In this document: positions 56,086-64,000 of the stretch, one piece after another | Layout: each line of letters starts with the position of its first letter | Position numbering within the stretch: position 1 is the first letter of the stretch | Origin: Staphylococcus phage BSwM-KMM1 | Direction: 5' to 3' (one strand) | Sequence record: OP902294.1 | Length of the DNA: 64,000 nt | Notes under the pieces: generated by a model | Database searches by the model: none | Told to the model about the DNA's origin: nothing | The model's input: the letters and a program-made list of their open reading frames with translations, nothing else | Translations under genes and position numbers: made by a program

Positions 56086-56718
56086 ATGGCTAAAAAGAAT
56101 GTTAATGATGTATTACAGCAAGAATCTGTTACAGTAGCAGATAAATATTTACAAGTTAAAGTTAACCGTGACGGTTATACTCGTACACATGAAGGACAAT
56201 ATGCGTACAAAGTAGTTTCAGAGGGAGAAGAGTTATTCTTATACCCTGTACAAACAGACGGTAAAGGTGTATTAAATATTATGAAGAAATCACCTATTGC
56301 TTACACTGATGGAGATAACATCCACTTTGTAGTAAATACAGTAGTAGACCCTTATAATCACTCATTTATCCGTACTGAAGATATTAAAGGTTTAGATAAA
56401 GGTAAACAACTTATTCAAGCTTTCTTAGCTTTCGTTGAAGACCGTTTCAAATTTGGTGTATATAACGTATTTGTTGCAAATAACAAAGAAGATGTCTTAT
56501 CTATTGTAGACCCTACAGATAATGATGCAGATGAAGTTAAAGATAGCCTGAAACACGCACATGAAGATGTAATTGCGGATTTCCCTGCTAGTCCTGCTCG
56601 TAAAGATGTTAAAGGTGTAGATTCAGGAGAAGGTCAAGGAGATACTTCAGAACCTTCAGTACCTGAAAATGTAACAGTAGAACCAACAGAAGACGGAGCA
56701 GACGTAACAGCAGAATAA
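56086..56718 (+). CDS. virion structural protein candidate
   Basis: ATG 56086 after GGAGATTAAG. About 210 aa with an acidic C-terminus TVEPTEDGADVTAE. Confidence 0.45.
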   Translation: MAKKNVNDVLQQESVTVADKYLQVKVNRDGYTRTHEGQYAYKVVSEGEELFLYPVQTDGKGVLNIMKKSPIAYTDGDNIHFVVNTVVDPYNHSFIRTEDIKGLDKGKQLIQAFLAFVEDRFKFGVYNVFVANNKEDVLSIVDPTDNDADEVKDSLKHAHEDVIADFPASPARKDVKGVDSGEGQGDTSEPSVPENVTVEPTEDGADVTAE

Positions 56719-56729
56719 TATAGTAAAGG

Positions 56730-57251
56730 ATGGTAAATTTGGCTAAGTTAAATTTATACAAAGGTAATGAGTTAGTAGACAGCGTAGAAAAAACAGAAGA
56801 AAAAACAACTATTACTATTGAAGGATTAGAGGCTAATACAGATTACCCTAAAGGTACTTATCAAGTATCATTCTCTAATGACTCAGGAGAGTCAGCAAAA
56901 GTAGATGTACCTCAGTTCAAGACAGATGCTATTGGTGTTGCTTCAGTTACCCTTGACGTTGAAAGTTTAGACTTAACAATCGGAGATACACATCAGTTAC
57001 AAGCTACAGTAGCCCCAAGTAATGCTTCTAATAGTAATGTATCTTTTAGTTCTGATGCAGAAGCTGTTGCTACTGTATCAGCTAGTGGGTTAGTTGAAGC
57101 AGTTACAGCAGGTACAGCTAATATTACAGTAACTACTGAAGATGGTAGTCATACAGATGCTGTTGCTGTAACAGTTAAGGAACCTATTCCTGATGCACCT
57201 ACAGATGTAACAGTAGACCCCGGTGAAAATACTGCAGATATTACTGCATAG
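56730..57251 (+). CDS. Ig-like (Big_2-type) domain protein, probable virion decoration/tail protein
   Basis: An N-terminal module of about 60 aa (KGNELVDSVEKTEEKTTITIEGLEANTDYPKGTYQVSFSNDSGESAKVDVPQF) followed by a Big_2-like segment VASVTLDVESLDLTIGDTHQLQATVAPSNASNSNVSFSSDAEAVATVSASGLVEAVTAGTANITVTTEDGSHTDAVAVTV. Confidence 0.55.
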   Translation: MVNLAKLNLYKGNELVDSVEKTEEKTTITIEGLEANTDYPKGTYQVSFSNDSGESAKVDVPQFKTDAIGVASVTLDVESLDLTIGDTHQLQATVAPSNASNSNVSFSSDAEAVATVSASGLVEAVTAGTANITVTTEDGSHTDAVAVTVKEPIPDAPTDVTVDPGENTADITA

Positions 57252-57265
57252 GAGGACACTAAAGA

Positions 57266-57499
57266 ATGGAAAAAACATTAAAAGTATATCAGAATGGTGA
57301 AGTTGTAGGCTCACAAGTAGCTAATGAAGATGGAGCTACAACAGTAACTATTACAGGTTTAGAAGCAGGAACAACATATGCTAAAGGAGACTTTAAAGTA
57401 GCCTTTGCTAATGATTCAGGTGAGTCAGAAAAAGCAGATGTACCTGAATTCACTACTACAGCCCCGGCAGAAGAACCTGAACCTGATACAGAAGCATAA
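57266..57499 (+). CDS. paralogue of the N-terminal module of the preceding protein
   Basis: 77 aa. GEVVGSQVANEDGATTVTITGLEAGTTYAKGDFKVAFANDSGESEKADVPEF aligns with the 56730 N-terminal module (same TITGLEA, NDSGES and VP.F blocks). Confidence 0.45.
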   Translation: MEKTLKVYQNGEVVGSQVANEDGATTVTITGLEAGTTYAKGDFKVAFANDSGESEKADVPEFTTTAPAEEPEPDTEA

Positions 57500-57514
57500 A
57501 GATTAAGACCAACT
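57488..57514 (+). terminator. rho-independent terminator (copy 2 of the cassette at 3451)
   Basis: Identical GACCAACT-AAAAA-AGTTGGTC-TTTTTT. Confidence 0.75.
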
Positions 57515-57515
57515 A

Positions 57516-57550
57516 AAAAAGTTGGTCTTTTTTATTGACAATATATAATA
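57516..57550 (+). promoter_or_regulatory. sigma-A-like promoter (TTGACA...TGGTACACT) following the cassette
   Basis: TTGACAATAT is identical to the 3479 copy. The downstream sequence diverges but both copies end in TATAAGAAT. Confidence 0.45.
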
Positions 57551-57593
57551 TCTATGGTACACTGTATAAGAATTAAGAAAAGGAGGGAAAGTA

Positions 57594-57853
57594 ATGGATA
57601 TTCCAACAATATTATTTAGAAATCCATATGATTACACAAAAGTAAAAAATTAATGGAAAGCAAAGAGCAGTACATTGTAGTAAAGTTTGATTCAGTTTCT
57701 GTTCATAACTTAAATGTTCAAGGTATGATGAACGTCATTCAAGATTACCTACACATTTATGGTTACAGAGTTAAAGAGTATGGTCAAGAAAATGCTTCTA
57801 AAGATGATGAAAGAGACGTTAAAGGTTACTTATACGAAAGAGTAGGTGACTAA
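57594..57853 (+). CDS. hypothetical protein of about 86 aa (A-run frame change at about 57645)
   Basis: ATG 57594 after AAAAGGAGGG. MDIPTILFRNPYDYTKVK(K)L then joins ORF 57653-57853. Confidence 0.4.
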
Positions 57854-57856
57854 GTT

Positions 57857-58297
57857 ATGCAAGTTATAGTAAATGCTAACCATGTCCAATCAAATACTAT
57901 TAGCGGTACCGAAGAATTTTTTAATATTATACAAGTAGATACTTTTAGAGAAGGATTACTGCAGATAGAGGATGAACCAACTGTACTAGCAGGATTTATA
58001 TATGATGATAAAATATTTAAAGATGCTGTAATTCAAGACCCTAGTATTCTGATGAACATTGAAGATAACGATATCCTATATGTATCAGATGTTGGTGTAT
58101 TACCAAATCCATTTGTTACTGTAGAAGAAGATAAAAAGTATTATTCACTATTACAACAAATTGTAGAATTAAGTAATGAAGACATACCTGAATCTATAGT
58201 AAGAGATTCAAAAGATTTAACTAGGTATTATAACTTTCAAGATTTTGAAGATGTATTCGATTTAAATAGAATTTATAAAAAGAAGTTGACACAGTAA
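57857..58297 (+). CDS. hypothetical protein
   Basis: 146-aa ORF. Acidic. Confidence 0.45.
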   Translation: MQVIVNANHVQSNTISGTEEFFNIIQVDTFREGLLQIEDEPTVLAGFIYDDKIFKDAVIQDPSILMNIEDNDILYVSDVGVLPNPFVTVEEDKKYYSLLQQIVELSNEDIPESIVRDSKDLTRYYNFQDFEDVFDLNRIYKKKLTQ

Positions 58298-58314
58298 AAG
58301 AAAAGTGCTATACT
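58286..58314 (+). promoter_or_regulatory. sigma-A-like promoter TTGACA-N17-TATACT
   Basis: Overlaps the 3' end of the 57857 ORF. Confidence 0.55.
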
Positions 58315-58610
58315 AATGGTAATGTATATTTATTATATGAAGTTCTGCCGGACTATAAACTACCTCTAGCCTATAGGTTACTTGAAGATAAGGAACATGG
58401 TATTGTTATTATAGGTTCACAGACACGTTCTAATAATGATATACTAACTTTTATGTTAAAGGTATGGATACTAAGTCAATAGCAAGTATGTTCGGGGTAG
58501 AGCATTACTCTAATTCTAATATATTTCATACATTCATAAATAGTCACATTAACATTTTAGGAAATCAAATAACTAATTTTATAAGAGAGAAAGGAAGCAG
58601 TTATGAGTAA
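58315..58610 (+). CDS. candidate small HTH DNA-binding protein (frame changes at about 58335 and about 58470)
   Basis: Three overlapping frame pieces read MVMY...EVLPDYKLPLAYRLLEDKEHGIVIIGSQTRSNNDILTFMLKGMDTKSIASMFGVEHYSNSNIFHTFINSHINILGNQITNFIREKGSSYE. The MDTKSIASMFGVEHYSNSNIFHTF segment has helix-turn-helix character. The stop overlaps the phosphoesterase ATG. Confidence 0.25.
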
Positions 58611-59853
58611 ATATAAAACAATAGAAGAAGTACAAGCAGTTATTATCGGGGTATTATTTAAAGATGAAGGAAAAATTGTAACATCTAAATTTAATAAGAT
58701 TACACGAGAATTTGGATTAGATAGAATAGGTAAAGATGACCTTAAAGAAATTGTAGAAGATATCAGGAAAGATGAATATCTAAATGAACTTAAGAATAAA
58801 GCAATTAAAGGTAAGGTAACCTTAGGAGACCTTAAAGATGTTGCAGATAACCAAGTATTTGAAGGTAATAACTACCATGAAGAAGTATCTACTTATGTAG
58901 TAGCTAAAGAGAAAGAGTTATCCCATTTAAGAGAACAACGTAAGCATAATAGACATACAGCTTACCCTCAAATTATGTTTGATGAGTTAAAAGAACATAT
59001 GGTAAAAGAATTACAAGGAGAGACATTAGTAGAGCATCATAGAAGCAAAGCTACTATTGATGATACAGAATTAATTGTATTACTATCAGACTTTCATATT
59101 GGTTCTATTGTGTCGGATATGACTAATGGTAAATATGATTTTGAGGTACTTAAGTCACGATTGAACCACTTTATTGATACTACAGTTAAGGAAATTGAAG
59201 ATAGAGAAATTTCTAATGTAACTGTTTATTTTGTTGGTGACTTAGTAGAACATATTAACATGAGAGATGTTAACCAGGCATTTGAAACAGAATTTACTTT
59301 AGCAGAACAAATTTCTAAGGGAACAAGATTACTTATTGATATTCTAAATGTACTATCTGATGTAGTTACAGGTGAACTAAGATTTGGTATTATCGGAGGT
59401 AACCATGACCGTATGCAAGGTAATAAGAATCAAAAGATTTACAATGATAACGTTGCTTATGTAGTACTAGATTCTTTATTACTATTCCAAGAGCAAGGGT
59501 TACTGAAAGGTATTAATATTATTGATAATAGAGAAGATATCTATACTATCAGAGATAACTTCGGAGGTAAATCTATTATTATTAACCATGGAGATGGTTT
59601 AAAAGGTAAAGGAAACCATATTAATAAGTTCATCTTAGATAGTCATATTGATTTACTTATTACAGGTCATGTGCACCATTTCTCAGTTAAACAAGAAGAC
59701 TTTAACAGAATGCATATTGTAGCTTCATCACCAATGGGCTATAATAACTATGCTAAAGAGTTACACCTATCAAAAACTAAACCATCACAGCAATTGTTAT
59801 TTGTGAATAAAGAAAATAAAGATATTGATATTAAAACAGTATTTTTAGATTAA
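58603..59853 (+). CDS. calcineurin-like metallophosphoesterase
   Basis: Ordered motifs LLSDFHIG (D-x-H), YFVGDLVEH (GD), GGNHDRM (GNHD), INHGDG and ITGHVHH (GH-x-H). 416 aa. Confidence 0.7.
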   Translation: MSKYKTIEEVQAVIIGVLFKDEGKIVTSKFNKITREFGLDRIGKDDLKEIVEDIRKDEYLNELKNKAIKGKVTLGDLKDVADNQVFEGNNYHEEVSTYVVAKEKELSHLREQRKHNRHTAYPQIMFDELKEHMVKELQGETLVEHHRSKATIDDTELIVLLSDFHIGSIVSDMTNGKYDFEVLKSRLNHFIDTTVKEIEDREISNVTVYFVGDLVEHINMRDVNQAFETEFTLAEQISKGTRLLIDILNVLSDVVTGELRFGIIGGNHDRMQGNKNQKIYNDNVAYVVLDSLLLFQEQGLLKGINIIDNREDIYTIRDNFGGKSIIINHGDGLKGKGNHINKFILDSHIDLLITGHVHHFSVKQEDFNRMHIVASSPMGYNNYAKELHLSKTKPSQQLLFVNKENKDIDIKTVFLD

Positions 59854-59866
59854 GGATGATTAACAA

Positions 59867-60235
59867 ATGGATACAATATTTATTATAAGTGTAGCATTTA
59901 TTACCTTTGCTACTTTTAACATAATTTTTAGATTGTTTGATTTATGGACTACCGAGAAGAAAATGGTAAGCCAAGGACAACCACCACTAAGTAACTTTGA
60001 GTACTATCATGTGATAGTACCCTACTTAGTAGGAGTATTTGTTATTCTACTAAGTATTATCCTTAGAGATTCTCTATACTCAGCCCAATCAGGGTTCGGA
60101 ATTATTATTACAAGTTTTATTTATATGCTAGTTTATGTTATAATTGGTCTTGCAGGGTCATTTATACTTACAATATTCCAAGCTAGGAAAGCTAGACAGT
60201 ATCAAACGCAGGAGGATAATAATGAAGTTCAATGA
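59867..60235 (+). CDS. small integral membrane protein
   Basis: 122 aa with 3-4 predicted hydrophobic helices (IFIISVAFITFATFNIIF, VPYLVGVFVILLSIIL, IIITSFIYMLVYVIIGLAGSFILTIF). Confidence 0.5.
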   Translation: MDTIFIISVAFITFATFNIIFRLFDLWTTEKKMVSQGQPPLSNFEYYHVIVPYLVGVFVILLSIILRDSLYSAQSGFGIIITSFIYMLVYVIIGLAGSFILTIFQARKARQYQTQEDNNEVQ

Positions 60236-60533
60236 TATTTATGAGCAACTGATTAAGAATGATACAGTACAGAATGTACATGAGTCTCAAGACGATAAAG
60301 GAAATATATATACCGTTCAATTTGATAAAGGTAATGATAAATACCTATTTAACATTATTAATGATGGTTTCCTAAAAGAAATGACGAACGGTATGATAGA
60401 CCATCCGGAAGGGCAACCATACTCAGTAAGTTTAATTAATAAAGAAACACCTAGTATGTCGGTGAAACAATATTTAACAGATGTAGAAGATATTGTACCT
60501 ACTATTAGAAAAATGGAAAAGGATTTCTTATAG
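60222..60533 (+). CDS. hypothetical protein
   Basis: ATG 60222 after AGGAGGATAATA. 103 aa. The track's earlier 60144 start has no RBS. Confidence 0.45.
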   Translation: MKFNDIYEQLIKNDTVQNVHESQDDKGNIYTVQFDKGNDKYLFNIINDGFLKEMTNGMIDHPEGQPYSVSLINKETPSMSVKQYLTDVEDIVPTIRKMEKDFL

Positions 60534-60559
60534 AGTCAAGTCTTTACTTGACTCTTTTT
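60533..60559 (+). terminator. rho-independent terminator whose 3' arm doubles as a -35 box
   Basis: GAGTCAAG/CTTGACTC stem, TCTTTA loop, then TTTTT. TTGACT (60548-60553) sits 17 bp upstream of TGGTATATTAATA at 60568-60580. Confidence 0.65.
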
Positions 60560-60596
60560 ACTATATATGGTATATTAATATAGAGGTGAATTAAAA

Positions 60597-61001
60597 ATGG
60601 ATTTTAATTTTAGTGCTTTTGATGATAGTTCATTAGCAATGAGAGTAAGTGAAGGTGTATACTACTTTAATGATGTACCTTACTACTTTATCGAGCATGT
60701 TGAAGAAGAGTTATCAGAGTATGTTATTGTATATGATATACATGACAAGGATGAAAAAGATAACCCACAAAAGAAATATAGAATTGAACCTTACCAAAAA
60801 ACGATACCTGGAGGGACTCCTCTTAGTAATTTAATTAAGAGTATGATGCCTCAGCGTAAATACCCTAAGAAGGTCGTAGAAGACCCTATATTTGTAGCTA
60901 ACATTATTCCTTTAGGTACAGATACGATAACAGGTAAGGTCGGTAAAGGGTTTTTGAAAGAGATAAAGACAGACCGCAGTATTCAGAAAAAGAACCTATG
61001 A
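60597..61001 (+). CDS. hypothetical protein
   Basis: 134-aa ORF with RBS AGAGGTGAATTAAAAATG. Confidence 0.45.
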   Translation: MDFNFSAFDDSSLAMRVSEGVYYFNDVPYYFIEHVEEELSEYVIVYDIHDKDEKDNPQKKYRIEPYQKTIPGGTPLSNLIKSMMPQRKYPKKVVEDPIFVANIIPLGTDTITGKVGKGFLKEIKTDRSIQKKNL

Positions 61002-61124
61002 AAATTATTCATGGTCAATACACAGGTATCTTTATAGGTTTAACCAGTGTTAAATGGAATAGGACTTATACTCCTTTAGAGAGTGTTGTAGAGTACTGTA
61101 GGAGAGTAAAAGGAGATAGATTGA

Positions 61125-61892
61125 ATGTCTAACGATGTAGTTAAGTTCTATGAAAAGGATATTAAAGACCTTATAAGAACTAAAAAGCATATGTTTAAAG
61201 ATGATGAAATCACTAGTGATATAAATGATATACGTATATTTAATGAGAAAGTTATTTGCCAGGGTAAATGTAGAACAGATTGTTTAGTATTAGACCGTAA
61301 TGGTACTGTAATGGGTATAGAAATAAAGACTGAGAGGGATTCTACTCAACGGTTAAACAACCAACTAAAGTATTATAGCTTAGTCTGTAAATATGTTTAT
61401 GTAATGTGCCATGATAAGCATGTACCTAAAGTAGAGCAAATACTAAAACGATATAAACATACACATGTAGGTATCATGAGCTATATCAACTTTAAAGGTA
61501 AACCTGTTGTAGGTAAGTATAAGGATGCTACACCATCTCCACACAGAAGCCCATATCACACAATGAATATCTTATGGAAGACAAACCTTATGACAATACT
61601 TAGATTGATTAGAGACCCTCATACGTACAGAACAGGGTATAGTTATAATGCTAGTGGTAGATATAGTGGAGGTGAAGGTAACTTCTCTCAAACAACACAA
61701 AGTAAAAGAATGAAGAAACCTGCTATTATTAATCAGATAATCCATTATGTAGGCGTAGATAATACCTATAAACTATTTACAAGAGGGGTTATTTATGGTT
61801 ATAATAATAGGTGGGAGGTAATAGAAGAAGATTTCTTTAATACTATGAAGAATGGGGTAAGGGTAATCAATGAGCAAAGACAAACCAAATAG
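61125..61892 (+). CDS. hypothetical protein
   Basis: 255-aa ORF. Cys/His-rich middle segment (CQGKCRTDC...CKYVYVMCHDKH). No confident family assignment. Confidence 0.45.
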   Translation: MSNDVVKFYEKDIKDLIRTKKHMFKDDEITSDINDIRIFNEKVICQGKCRTDCLVLDRNGTVMGIEIKTERDSTQRLNNQLKYYSLVCKYVYVMCHDKHVPKVEQILKRYKHTHVGIMSYINFKGKPVVGKYKDATPSPHRSPYHTMNILWKTNLMTILRLIRDPHTYRTGYSYNASGRYSGGEGNFSQTTQSKRMKKPAIINQIIHYVGVDNTYKLFTRGVIYGYNNRWEVIEEDFFNTMKNGVRVINEQRQTK

Positions 61893-62315
61893 ACGTAAAG
61901 AGATTCAACACCAACCTGTTAACTTTGCCCCTACAAATACATTAACTGGAGCTAATAATAGCTTTTTACTAAGAAACCTGCAGAACCTAAAGATACAACT
62001 TCAGTTATAGAGTATAGAATACTCTTTATTAAGAGGTTTGATAATGTTACTAGTACTGATGTTAAGCTACAGAAAAAGTATGCATTAAATCTTATTAGTG
62101 AAGCACTAGATGTTAAAGAGACCTATTTATCTCTTAAACAGAAAGGTAAGAAAACAGAGTCTATACTCCATACCGATAGGGTATACTACGTTCATAGAGG
62201 TAAGAAGCTTATTGGTAAATGTAGTATTAGAGAGCAAAGAACTTTTAGAGGTAAGCACTTGATATTTATATTCAAGACAAGACATAGAGTTAAAGCAGAA
62301 AGGAAAGATAAATAA
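61870..62315 (+). CDS. hypothetical protein of about 148 aa (frame change at about 61985)
   Basis: MSKDKPNRRKEIQ... continues after a 1-nt shift as ...KKPAEPKDTTSVIEYRILFIKRFDNV...RVKAERKDK to the TAA at 62313. Confidence 0.35.
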
Positions 62316-62610
62316 TGTTAAAAGGATTTTCACAACATACAGATAAGAAAACAAATGTAAATCACCTATACAAATTATTAACTAGTGGTAAGGTAGAGTT
62401 ACTAGGTGTAGCTTATGAGAGTGATTACTTCCTTCAGGAGTGACCGTACAGGCTTACATTGAAGATATAGGTAATGAAGATAAAGGATTACAATTTGTTA
62501 ATAAGGTAAATGTAGTAGAGTCAATGAAACAAGCAGTAGTGGGAATGAACAATCAATTAGGTTCTTCAGGACTAGGCTATGTTAGAACAGAACAACTTAA
62601 AAAGAATTAG
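62315..62610 (+). CDS. hypothetical protein of about 98 aa (frame change at about 62445)
   Basis: TAATG coupling. MLKGFSQHTDKK... shifts to ...VTVQAYIEDIGNEDKGLQFVNKVNVVESMKQAVVGMNNQLGSSGLGYVRTEQLKKN. Confidence 0.3.
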
Positions 62611-62624
62611 AAGAAACAGGATTA

Positions 62625-63175
62625 ATGACAGACTTACTATCAAGAGGTACAAATTTAACTTCTACAAAGCAAGTAGATATTGTAAGTACGTTCATAGAAC
62701 CTATTGTAACTTACCAAGATATTACAATAGCTAAAGATATTAAATTACGTTTATACCGATTAGAAGAAGAATCACCCTTAAATGGTTATAATCATATTGT
62801 TTACCTTCTTACTACAGAAAAGATTTATGATGGTCAAACACTATTTGGTATGCTTTCTAAGAAAGATAAACTATCTAAATCAGATACAGAGAAGTTACTA
62901 GCATTCTTCAGAAACAATAGTTTAATAAGTAAAAGTGTTTTTCTGCTAAACTAATTAGTAAGGATTATTATTTTAGCCTCTATAATACACACGAGACAGG
63001 AATATTCTTCTTAGAAGATACTGATGTCATTACCATTGCCTGTGGTCAATCATATGTTAAAGTTAATACTAAGGATATTAAATCTAGTTATGTTAAAATA
63101 GAAGATAAAACTCAGAAATTAACTGAACTAGTAATCAACCTAAAAGGTGAAGACACCTTAACTATTTTATTATAA
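62625..63175 (+). CDS. hypothetical protein of about 183 aa (T-run frame change at about 62940)
   Basis: ORF 62625-62954 continues after a 1-nt fix as ...SAKLISKDYYFSLYNTHETGIFFLEDTDVITIACGQSYVKVNTKD...GEDTLTILL. Confidence 0.4.
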
Positions 63176-63394
63176 ATATACGTTAATTAAGTATAAATAT
63201 ACGTTATAAAAGAAGTTTTCATACTGTTTTTAATACAGAAACTAGTTGAGTTTTTTCCACTTACTCTAGTTTCTGTGAAATTATATTTATGAAAAGTTAA
63301 AATATCTTTTAGGTAAAGGCTTTATAAACAGTTACAAAATATATTAAAATTACACACAAAGTAGTTAATAAAATTATATTGCATTTATATATTA

Positions 63395-63423
63395 TGAAAT
63401 AATAACAGAAATTGTGATATATT
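63395..63423 (+). promoter_or_regulatory. late-type -10 motif TGATATATTA in a 355-bp non-coding region
   Basis: TGATATATTATATAG at 63415-63429, without a clear TAGT box. Followed by a perfect 9-bp hairpin at 63476-63496. Confidence 0.3.
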
Positions 63424-63532
63424 ATATAGTGTAACCTTGAAACAGTTGATGTTGTAGGGTTTGTTTATGTTCGTTCCACTGGTTTCAGAAACCAGTTACC
63501 ATAAATAAAAGACAGTTAAGGAGAGCTATATA

Positions 63533-64000
63533 ATGGCTAGAAAAAGAATTTAAGAAATAAAAACAATGATATAAAAGTCGTTCCGGATAAAGAAAAAGAA
63601 AGTATACTATCGAAGTTATACCATAATAAGTTACTACGCTCAAAAGTAGATAATGCATTAGATGAAGACATGAGCTATGATGATATTATAGAGTTATGTA
63701 AAGAATATGATTTAGAGTTGTCTAAATCAGCTATCACAAGATATAAGAGTAAGAGAAAAGAAGCTATTGAAAATGGATGGGATTTAGGAGAACTTATTGA
63801 TAAACGTAAAAAACAAGTGTAAAAGATATAAAAGAAAAAGAAACTCCTATATTAGAAGAAGAGCAACTTTCTCCATTTGAGCAATCAAAACATCATACAC
63901 AGACGATTTATGATGATATACAAGTACTAGATATGATTATATCTAAAGGTGCAAAAGGATTAGAGTTTGTGGAAACATTAGACCCTGCTTTAATGATACG
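63533..64000 (+). CDS. hypothetical protein, 3'-truncated by the window end (two A-run frame changes at about 63548 and about 63818)
   Basis: MARK(K)NLRNKNNDIKVVPDKEKESILSKLYHNKLLRSKVDNALDEDMSYDDIIELCKEYDLELSKSAITRYKSKRKEAIENGWDLGELIDKRKK(T)SVKDIKEKETPILEEEQLSPFEQSKHHTQTIYDDIQVLDMIISKGAKGLEFVETLDPALMI. RBS AAGGAGAG. Continues beyond the window. Confidence 0.35.

Overview
This window is a contiguous stretch of a Twort-like (Herelleviridae/Twortvirinae-type) low-GC myovirus genome, most similar in gene order and product sizes to Staphylococcus Kayvirus/phage K. All convincing genes are on the + strand; every minus-strand ORF in the track overlaps a + strand gene and looks spurious. From 5' to 3' the window covers three modules.

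- **Tail and baseplate module (about 100-31500):** tail sheath, tail tube, small ORFs, a putative tail-assembly chaperone, a tape-measure protein of about 1330 aa carrying an internal lysozyme-like domain, a CHAP-domain tail lysin, baseplate wedge and J proteins, a large adsorption protein and tail fibre/receptor-binding proteins. This module also holds an unexpected subtilisin-like S8 protease.
- **DNA replication and recombination module (31600-55900):** SF2 helicase, Rep, DnaB-like helicase, SbcD/SbcC-like nuclease, primase, Hjc-like resolvase, NrdI/NrdE/NrdF, thioredoxin, an HU-like protein, DNA polymerase A, a RecA-like recombinase and a sigma-like factor.
- **Further block (56000-64000):** Ig-like virion proteins, a metallophosphoesterase and small ORFs, ending in an AT-rich non-coding region.

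The most striking property is that roughly 45 genes are broken by single-nucleotide frameshifts. Nearly all sit in homopolymer runs (mostly A, some T or G) that look one base too short. This points to a draft-quality or homopolymer-error-prone sequence rather than real pseudogenisation, so I report reconstructed full-length genes.

Regulatory signals are unusually clear:
- Many consensus sigma-A promoters of the form TTGACA-N17-TATACT/TATAAT.
- A second recurring bipartite motif, TAGT-N17-20-TG(N)TATATTA, upstream of tail, baseplate and structural genes, which I interpret as a phage-specific late promoter class.
- A 39-bp terminator-plus-promoter cassette present twice, 54 kb apart.
- Several clean rho-independent terminators.

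I found no CRISPR array, tRNA, integrase, group I intron or recognisable defence/anti-defence cassette. I cannot confirm a genuinely new multi-gene system from the sequence alone.
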